Part shown: positions 26,699-32,784 of the stretch, in pieces | Position numbering within the stretch: position 1 is the stretch's first letter | How the letters are laid out: the number at the start of each line of letters is the position of its first letter | Source: a bacterium | Lineage (GTDB): Bacteria > Patescibacteriota > Microgenomatia > UBA8517 | Reading direction: 5' to 3' | Assembly (NCBI GenBank): GCA_021824915.1 | Contig: JAKAJP010000022.1 | Coordinates: 89,832-124,072 of the forward strand | DNA length: 34,241 bases | Program-made: the position numbers and the translations under genes | The notes under the pieces: model-generated | Told to the model about the DNA's origin: nothing | Database searches by the model: none | What the model saw: the letters and a program-made list of their open reading frames with translations, nothing else

Positions 26699-26798
26699 TA
26701 GGTTTATTTCTCTCCAAATTAAAATGCCCTAATAAAGAGGGTCATCTTAACAATAATTTTGGAGGGATTACAAACCATATTTTGAACCAATGAGGCTG

Positions 26799-26827
26799 AT
26801 TGTAGACTCTATGTTTAGCCTTGTCAA
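26799..26827 (-). promoter_or_regulatory. sigma70-type promoter of greA
   Basis: TTGACA (26827-26822), 17 nt, TACAAT (26804-26799). Confidence 0.85.
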
Positions 26828-26864
26828 GAAATCAGAATAGATCAAAATGTGACCTAAATAACAG

Positions 26865-26937
26865 TGACCTCATTGGGACTCGAACCCAAGTTACCAGGAT
26901 GAGAACCTGGTGTCCTAGACCGCTAGACGATGAGGCC
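26865..26937 (-). tRNA. tRNA-Glu (anticodon CTC), 3' CCA not encoded
   Basis: GGCCTCATCGTCTAGCGGTCTAGGACACCAGGTTCTCATCCTGGTAACTTGGGTTCGAGTCCCAATGAGGTCA: 7-bp acceptor stem, CCAGG/CCTGG anticodon stem around TT-CTC-AT, GTTCGA T-loop; 73 nt. Confidence 0.97.
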
Positions 26938-26949
26938 AAGCTAACTGGT

Positions 26950-26958
26950 ATTATACCA
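26950..26958 (-). promoter_or_regulatory. Extended -10 promoter of tRNA-Glu
   Basis: TGgTATAAT ending 12 nt upstream of the tRNA 5' end. Confidence 0.7.
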
Positions 26959-26967
26959 CACCAAAAC

Positions 26968-26996
26968 TTGACTTTTGGCCCATAGTGTTGTATATT
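26968..26996 (+). promoter_or_regulatory. sigma70-type promoter of the VanW-like gene
   Basis: TTGACT (26968-26973), 17 nt, TATATT (26991-26996). Confidence 0.75.
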
Positions 26997-27004
26997 GCAG
27001 CCTC

Positions 27005-27030
27005 AGCCCCGATTTATATCGGGGCTTTTT
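27005..27030 (+). terminator. Terminator-like hairpin in the 5' leader of the VanW-like gene
   Basis: AGCCCCGAT-ttat-ATCGGGGCT perfect 9-bp stem, run of T through 27030, 7 nt before ATG 27038. Confidence 0.65.
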
Positions 27031-27037
27031 GGTAAAT

Positions 27038-27658
27038 ATGTTCACAGATTTACTCGTCCTGACATATCTATTTTCAGGCTCACTCATGCCCAAGACTCTG
27101 GGAGCTTCCAGCGTGGAAATAGCTACAAGAAGCTTCCCGATGACGGATAGGTACGATAACGCCTACGTAAACGAGGTTTTTAAGGACAACATCCTTCTAA
27201 CACTAAGGTATATGGATGGCTCGGTCAAAAACACCAAGGATATTTCCTGGCCGGAGGTTGAAAAACCTTTTCATACCGAATTTACATTAAAACCCGGTGA
27301 AGAGTTTGCATTCCATGATAAAGTCCTGCCGACTTACAAAAACGTAGTCAAAACTACAAACGCCCATTTTAACTGGGATGAAGGGTTCAAATCTGACGGG
27401 TTTTTGACTGGAGACGGGGTCTGTCACTTGGCCTCACTAATGTATTGGGCAGCTCGTGATGCAGGACTTACCACTTACGCGCCCTCCAATCACAACTTTG
27501 CCAAAATTAATGACGTTCCCAAAGAATATGGGGTAGCCGTGGAAAGCCCGCTTCCCATGGGTAATCTTTATATTACAAACAACTTTGACAAGGCAATTAC
27601 CTTTAGTTTTGACTATAAAGATCAGGGTCTAACTGTGAGTGTAACCAAAGCTAAATGA
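27038..27658 (+). CDS. VanW-like domain protein
   Basis: LKPGEEFAFH, GDGVCHLASLMYWAARDAGL (cf. GGGxCQxxSTLYxA), NH, NLYITNN. Start moved to ATG 27038. Confidence 0.75.
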   Translation: MFTDLLVLTYLFSGSLMPKTLGASSVEIATRSFPMTDRYDNAYVNEVFKDNILLTLRYMDGSVKNTKDISWPEVEKPFHTEFTLKPGEEFAFHDKVLPTYKNVVKTTNAHFNWDEGFKSDGFLTGDGVCHLASLMYWAARDAGLTTYAPSNHNFAKINDVPKEYGVAVESPLPMGNLYITNNFDKAITFSFDYKDQGLTVSVTKAK

Positions 27659-27660
27659 CG

Positions 27661-30078
27661 CTAGTTGGCAGCCAACAAGGTTGATATTGGGGTAACTTTT
27701 TCCTCAGTTCTTGTCCTCGGAGGCCACTTGACCATTGCCACTTTGAGCACGTCTTCTACTTCTTCAGCAAAAACAAATTTGATATCGCGCTTAACCTGAT
27801 CCGGAATATCCTCCAAATCCTTTTTATTTTCCTTGGGAACTATTATCGTTTTTAGACCCGCCGTATGCCCTGCGACACTCTTCTCTTTCAATCCCCCTAT
27901 TTCAAGAACACGACCTCTTAGCGTTACCTCACCGGTCATGCCTACCTCGCGCCTTACAGGAATACCGGTAAGAGCTGAGACTAAGGCTGTAGTAATTGAG
28001 ACTCCCGCACTCGGCCCGTCCTTTGGAACCGCACCTTCAGGGACATGTATGTGAACGTCAATATTTTCGGCAAAATTAGACTTTAACCCTAACTTGTCGT
28101 AGTGAGAACGGGTCCAGGTAAAAGCCGCTTTAGCACTCTCCCTCATAACATCCCCAAGCTGACCCGTAAGAGTCAATTTACCCTTCCCCGGCATTAGAGA
28201 TACTTCAATAAACAAGATTTCCCCCCCAAATGGCGTGACAGAAAGCCCTGTAGCCATACCGACCTCATCCTTCTTTTCGGCAATCTGAGAGTTAAATCTT
28301 TGTGAACCAAGAAACTTATAGACATCTGGAATTTCAACTTTCTTTGGATATCTCTTGCCTTCAGCCACCAAACGGGCAATTTTTCTTAAAACAGAAGCAA
28401 TACTCCTCTCCAAATTTCTTACCCCAGCCTCCCTTGTATAGCTATTTATAATCGCCCTTAGGGCGCCTTCTGAGATTGTCACCTTTTTATTTGTCAGCCC
28501 ATGCACCGCAAGCTGTTTTGGCCATAAAAACTTCTTGGCAATGGCAAACTTTTCAGCTTCCGTGTAACCTGGGAAAGTAATAACCTCCATACGGTCGCGA
28601 AGCGGGGCCGGAATTGTATCAAGCACATTACCGGTACAAATAAACATTACTTCACTCAAATCAAAAGGAACCTCAAGATAGTGATCAGAGAACTCCTTAT
28701 TTTGCTCAGGATCGAGCGCTTCCAGAAGAGCACTTGACGGGTCACCCCTAAAATCCACTCCGATTTTATCTATTTCATCAAGCATAAAAACCGGATTTTT
28801 GGTCCCTGCCGTCTTTATTCCTTGAATAATCCTACCCGGGAGTGCCCCAACATATGTCCGTCTGTGACCCCTAATTTCAGCCTCGTCTCTGATCCCTCCC
28901 AAAGACACTCTCACAAACTTGCGGTTTAACGCCTTGGCAATTGACCTTCCGATTGAAGTTTTACCAACTCCCGGTGGACCAATAAAACAGAGGATTGTTG
29001 GATGCACTTCTTCTTTTTTACTATCCTTTGACTTCCCCTTAATCTTCATCACGGCCAAAAACTCCAAAATTCGCTCCTTGGCCTTGTCTATGCCATAATG
29101 CTCATCCTCCAAGATTTTGGCAGCATTCGACATTGAAACATCATTCGGCGAGGAATTGCTCCAAGGCATATCACAAAGCCAATCGAGATAGTTTCTGATA
29201 TAACCCCCCTCAGGATTGTTTGGAGAAAGCTGTGATAAATGCTTAAGCTCTTTTTCTGCCCTCTCCCGAACCTCCACCGGCATACCAGCGGCCTTAATCT
29301 TGGTTTTGTATTCTTTTATCTCCTCGCTTGTTAACTCTCCTTCTCCTTCTTCCATCTCACCAAGCTCTTGTTCAATTGTTCTTTTCTTCTCCCTAAGCAT
29401 TGCCCGCCTCATTTGATCCTCAAACCTTTTTTGGGTCTTGCTGGATATAGTCCTTTCAATCTCAAGTGCGTTTACTTCCTTGCTCAAAAACTCGTGCACT
29501 TGATTTAGTCTGTTCTCAAAACTCAACTCCTCAAGAATTTTTTGTCTCTCCTGTGTTTTTACGTCTAAAAGTGAGGCAACTTGATCTACAAGTTCAACAG
29601 GCTCAACAATACCCGAAACCAATTTCATTACCGTCATTATTTCGGCTTGCTTACCAAGATTAACCGCCTTCTTAAAAAGTTCCTGAAGTCGACTCGACAA
29701 AACTTTTATCTCAGGTGTAATTTTTACTTCCTCAGCAATCTCCTCAACTTTACCAATAAGATGAGGTTCTGAAGCTATAATTTCACGAAGGCGCACCCTT
29801 GCTTGTCCACGAATGAGAGCATGAATTTCCCCCTCCGTTGACATCATTTGAGTTATTGTGGCGATGGTTCCGATTTTGAAGAGATCTTCTTCCCCAGGCT
29901 CAACCGTCCTTGGATCTTTTTGGGAAAAAATTGCAATGACACGATCTTCCTGAAAAGCAGTATTGATTGCAGAAACACTTTTTGGTCGGCCAAATGAAAG
30001 AAGACTATCTGTATGTGGAAAAACTACCGATCCTCGAATTGCAACTATCGGAACTCTTCTGATCGTATCTTTTTGCAT
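27661..30078 (-). CDS. lon: ATP-dependent protease La (LonA)
   Basis: N-terminal substrate domain, GPPGVGKTS, RGHRRTYVGALPG, LDEIDK, PKDGPSAG (catalytic Ser), TGEVTLRGRVLEIGGLKEK. Confidence 0.99.
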   Translation of the reverse strand: MQKDTIRRVPIVAIRGSVVFPHTDSLLSFGRPKSVSAINTAFQEDRVIAIFSQKDPRTVEPGEEDLFKIGTIATITQMMSTEGEIHALIRGQARVRLREIIASEPHLIGKVEEIAEEVKITPEIKVLSSRLQELFKKAVNLGKQAEIMTVMKLVSGIVEPVELVDQVASLLDVKTQERQKILEELSFENRLNQVHEFLSKEVNALEIERTISSKTQKRFEDQMRRAMLREKKRTIEQELGEMEEGEGELTSEEIKEYKTKIKAAGMPVEVRERAEKELKHLSQLSPNNPEGGYIRNYLDWLCDMPWSNSSPNDVSMSNAAKILEDEHYGIDKAKERILEFLAVMKIKGKSKDSKKEEVHPTILCFIGPPGVGKTSIGRSIAKALNRKFVRVSLGGIRDEAEIRGHRRTYVGALPGRIIQGIKTAGTKNPVFMLDEIDKIGVDFRGDPSSALLEALDPEQNKEFSDHYLEVPFDLSEVMFICTGNVLDTIPAPLRDRMEVITFPGYTEAEKFAIAKKFLWPKQLAVHGLTNKKVTISEGALRAIINSYTREAGVRNLERSIASVLRKIARLVAEGKRYPKKVEIPDVYKFLGSQRFNSQIAEKKDEVGMATGLSVTPFGGEILFIEVSLMPGKGKLTLTGQLGDVMRESAKAAFTWTRSHYDKLGLKSNFAENIDVHIHVPEGAVPKDGPSAGVSITTALVSALTGIPVRREVGMTGEVTLRGRVLEIGGLKEKSVAGHTAGLKTIIVPKENKKDLEDIPDQVKRDIKFVFAEEVEDVLKVAMVKWPPRTRTEEKVTPISTLLAAN

Positions 30079-30081
30079 ATT

Positions 30082-30108
30082 TTAGCAGTCTAACTAATTA
30101 AGTGCTAG
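30082..30108. promoter_or_regulatory. CIRCE element (HrcA operator) overlapping the lon promoter
   Basis: TTAGCAGTC-N9-AAGTGCTAG versus consensus TTAGCACTC-N9-GAGTGCTAA: 15/18 with the exact 9-nt spacer. Confidence 0.8.
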
Positions 30109-30115
30109 TTGTCAA
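30087..30115 (-). promoter_or_regulatory. sigma70-type promoter of lon
   Basis: TTGACA (30115-30110), 17 nt, TAGACT (30092-30087), then 8 nt to the ATG. Confidence 0.82.
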
Positions 30116-30573
30116 GAGAGGAATTTCCTAAAATGAACCTTTTCAATAACTACAGCTACAATTGTGCCTAAAAAGGCCCCGCCCACAATATCAACTGGAT
30201 AGTGAACGTTAGCAAGAACTCTGGAAATCCCGATAGCCACAGCTGCAATCAAATAAACCCAGCCGATTTTTTTATCGTGCATAAAAATCGTGGTCGCTAA
30301 AGCGAATGCTAAAGTGGTATGTTCAGAAGGAAAGGCCCCATCAGTTGGCCTTAACATAACCTCAATTTCTTTTCCATTTGTAACAAAAGGTCGTAGAGTC
30401 GGAAAAAAACGTTTAATAAGGAATGCTATAATCCATGCGACCGCACAAGCCGCAAGAGCGTGGACAACCTGCTCCTTTTTTATTTTACCATCAATAAACC
30501 AAAGAATTATTAATCCTGCAAACAAAAACCAGATTAGGAAAGTTGCAAAAAATTCAATTAAGATATCCTCCAT
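30112..30573 (-). CDS. PAP2-family phosphatase (undecaprenyl-pyrophosphate phosphatase, BcrC-like)
   Basis: C1 KRFFPTLRP, C2 FPSEH, C3 SRVLANVHYPVD; multiple TMs. Start moved to ATG 30573. Confidence 0.88.
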   Translation of the reverse strand: MEDILIEFFATFLIWFLFAGLIILWFIDGKIKKEQVVHALAACAVAWIIAFLIKRFFPTLRPFVTNGKEIEVMLRPTDGAFPSEHTTLAFALATTIFMHDKKIGWVYLIAAVAIGISRVLANVHYPVDIVGGAFLGTIVAVVIEKVHFRKFLS

Positions 30574-30609
30574 TTGATTCATGGTACCACATGTGCTAAC
30601 TTGAAATCG
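30574..30609. promoter_or_regulatory. Compact bidirectional extended -10 promoter pair
   Basis: Minus: TGgTACCAT-7nt-ATG. Plus: TGcTAACTT-7nt-ATG. Centred on the palindrome CACATGTG (30588-30595). Confidence 0.6.
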
Positions 30610-30993
30610 ATGCTCGCAAGTAAACATGCTCTATCAAAAAGTTTTGGATTTGCATTCGAAGGGCTTAAGACTGCCGTTTTGCAGGGCAGGAACTTCAGGG
30701 TCCAAATCATAATTGGTGCTTTGGCAACTATCTTGGGGTTTATTCTCAAACTCAACTACACAGAGTGGCTCCACCTTGTTTTAATAATTACAATCATCCT
30801 GGTTCTTGAACTAATAAACACATCTATTGAAGCAATAGTAGATATTGTTAGCCCGGAAAAACAGGAAAAGGCCAAGATTGCTAAAGATGTGGCCGCGGCG
30901 ACAGTACTTTTAGCCTCAATCGGATCGGTTATTATTGGAGTTATGCTCTTTTTACCTAAAATCCTAATCTTTCTTTCACAAGGATCAATGTAA
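30610..30993 (+). CDS. dgkA: Prokaryotic diacylglycerol/undecaprenol kinase (DgkA family)
   Basis: SFGFAFEGL, NFRVQ, ELINTSIEAIVD, AKIAKDVAAATV. Start moved to ATG 30610. Confidence 0.92.
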   Translation: MLASKHALSKSFGFAFEGLKTAVLQGRNFRVQIIIGALATILGFILKLNYTEWLHLVLIITIILVLELINTSIEAIVDIVSPEKQEKAKIAKDVAAATVLLASIGSVIIGVMLFLPKILIFLSQGSM

Positions 30994-31570
30994 TTCTACC
31001 CGGCTTAAACTCTTTATTGATTATTAAAAGTTTGCTGACATTACTCCCGTTGGGATTTCCTTTTTCTTTCTGCCTTTCGGATTCTTTCGGAAGCGAATAT
31101 TCATAAACTCTTCTAACTCCCTCATCCCAATTTTTAACAATTTTTTGGGTGCCGACCACCCAAATCACACGCCCGGCTGAATATGCATACGACGCAAGCT
31201 GACTTCCCGTGTTACTGGCAATAAAAATGTGTCCATCCTCGCTTACAGCATGAACGCTGCCGATAGCCCAATCTGGAGCCGCGCCAAGCTTTTGCATCTC
31301 ACGTCCTTGAGTATTTCTATCCATTTTAAGTAGTTTTGCTTTAATAGAATCAAAATTCCCTGTTTCATTTATTTCTTTTGTAATCCCAGTGGCCTCAAGA
31401 GTTTGGGAAGACATGGTCATCACCTCTGCCCCTTTGGGAACTATTTCTAAAACTTTTTCCTTTGCCAACTGCCCGTTTTCAACCACAAAAACATCAATTC
31501 CCTCGTTTTTTAATGAAGTCGCCGTCTTTTCAATAGAACTATCAAAGGCTAATTCTTCCCAGTTATTCAC
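30956..31570 (-). CDS. LUD-domain (YkgG/LutC-like) protein
   Basis: AIGSVHAVSEDG..IASNTGSQL..Y..VIWVVGTQKIV pattern; GTG start. Confidence 0.75.
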   Translation of the reverse strand: MNNWEELAFDSSIEKTATSLKNEGIDVFVVENGQLAKEKVLEIVPKGAEVMTMSSQTLEATGITKEINETGNFDSIKAKLLKMDRNTQGREMQKLGAAPDWAIGSVHAVSEDGHIFIASNTGSQLASYAYSAGRVIWVVGTQKIVKNWDEGVRRVYEYSLPKESERQKEKGNPNGSNVSKLLIINKEFKPGRITLILVKERLGF

Positions 31571-31581
31571 GCCTTATTGTA

Positions 31582-31851
31582 TCAGAAACCGGATGAAGCA
31601 GAGTTAAGTTGATTAAGTTGAGAGTCAATTTGAGTTGTATCTTGTGCATCAAGGCTGGCTGAAATTTTGTCCAAATCGCTCGAGTTTTGTACCGGAGCAA
31701 TCTGCGCTTCCGATGGTTGAGTCTGCTGCAACGAGTAATTGGGAACCTTGACACCCATTTTTTGAGAGTAAAAAATGTAACCAAGTGCCGCCAAAACAAC
31801 GATCACCCCACCTATTAATAAAATTTGAATAAATCCTTTTTGATTTTTCAT
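31582..31851 (-). CDS. Small membrane-anchored protein with a prepilin-like (class III) N-terminus
   Basis: MKNQKG|FIQILLIGGVIVVLAALGYIFY; 89 aa. Start moved to ATG 31851, 1 nt after the upstream stop. Confidence 0.72.
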   Translation of the reverse strand: MKNQKGFIQILLIGGVIVVLAALGYIFYSQKMGVKVPNYSLQQTQPSEAQIAPVQNSSDLDKISASLDAQDTTQIDSQLNQLNSASSGF

Positions 31852-31852
31852 A

Positions 31853-32554
31853 TTATGGTGTCGCTGTCGGCGTTGATGTCGGGCTTGGCGTTGGTGAGGC
31901 CGTGGCAACCGGTGTTCCCGAAGTCTCAGGTGAACCCCCAACCAAAGTCCTAATTGCAACTATTAAATTCTTAATCGACGTGCGATAGTCCTGCAAAGCC
32001 TTTTTAACCACCTGCATATCTAGCCTATATTGTGTAATTTGAGCCTTCGGATTATCTGCCGTACAACTAAATCCGGAGATATCATTTTGAGTGTTATTCA
32101 AAGCGGTTTGAACCGCAGCTCTTTTTGAAGCTATATCAGCAACCAAAGCATTGTAACTGGGAAGGGATTTACCGCTGGGGACAAGTTTATTTGTATAGAA
32201 GTCTTCGACTCTTTTTGCTATTTCGTCAAAGACACTAAGCATACGAGACGAAAGGTTATCCAAACTATTATGCCTCTCTTCTATTTCTTTTTCATGGACC
32301 TGGCAAAACTTCAGCCTTTTTTCTTCAAGCCGATCTAACACCCAAGCTTTTGGAGATCGCGAAGGATTCGGCGTTTCGTTTCTCTCCTCAAAACGCTTAA
32401 AGAAACCAAAAATACCCCCACTACGTGGCGCTGGCGATGATGTGGTTTCCGGAATTGCCGAAGGATTTGGGGTTTCTTCAGCGTTAGCCTTTGTTACATA
32501 AAAGGCAAAAAAGGACGATACGAGAAGTGTTGCGAGAATATATTTCAATCTCAT
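31853..32554 (-). CDS. Secreted helical hypothetical protein with Pro/Thr-rich termini
   Basis: Signal peptide ending ANA-EE, ETPNPS twice, amphipathic helical core with two Cys, (PT/PS)n tail. Confidence 0.78.
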   Translation of the reverse strand: MRLKYILATLLVSSFFAFYVTKANAEETPNPSAIPETTSSPAPRSGGIFGFFKRFEERNETPNPSRSPKAWVLDRLEEKRLKFCQVHEKEIEERHNSLDNLSSRMLSVFDEIAKRVEDFYTNKLVPSGKSLPSYNALVADIASKRAAVQTALNNTQNDISGFSCTADNPKAQITQYRLDMQVVKKALQDYRTSIKNLIVAIRTLVGGSPETSGTPVATASPTPSPTSTPTATP

Positions 32555-32559
32555 AATTT

Positions 32560-32589
32560 ACGCTATCAAATAGTTATACGTAATGTCAA
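32560..32589 (-). promoter_or_regulatory. sigma70-type promoter of the 32554 gene
   Basis: TTGACA (32589-32584), 18 nt, TAGCGT (32565-32560) preceded by TGa; 5 nt to the ATG. Confidence 0.6.
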
Positions 32590-32657
32590 CCTTTTTGTTA
32601 CGAAATTACTAAACTAAGCTGAGCAGTCGGGTCTAGGACCATTCTATCATATAACTC

Positions 32658-32713
32658 GTGTCTCACCTTGAGGCTAAATGAGACAAATGAGACACTATAA
32701 AAAGGGATATCCC
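32658..32713. repeat. Intergenic cluster of TGAGAC repeats and a palindrome
   Basis: GTGTCTCA (32658-32665) inverted against TGAGACAC (32688-32695); tandem AAATGAGAC x2 (32676-32693); perfect palindrome GGGATATCCC (32704-32713). Confidence 0.6.
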
Positions 32714-32784
32714 GTACTACTAATGATATATTTTGATACATTTACCAATAATCTTTGAAAATTTGATTGTTATATAATAAAAAT

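Noticed and set aside
26849-26870. 7-bp duplication (AGGTCAC) of the tRNA 3' end as an att-site scar
   Set aside because: Too short, only 15 bp apart, and no integrase or foreign DNA follows.
7773-27658. Vancomycin-resistance locus (VanZ and VanW-like genes)
   Set aside because: The genes are 19 kb apart, with no vanH/A/X or vanRS; both families are widespread outside resistance clusters.
32630-32639. GGTCTAGGAC identical to the tRNA-Glu D-loop, suggesting a tRNA remnant
   Set aside because: No acceptor, anticodon or T-arm can be folded around it; a 10-mer match is plausible by chance.
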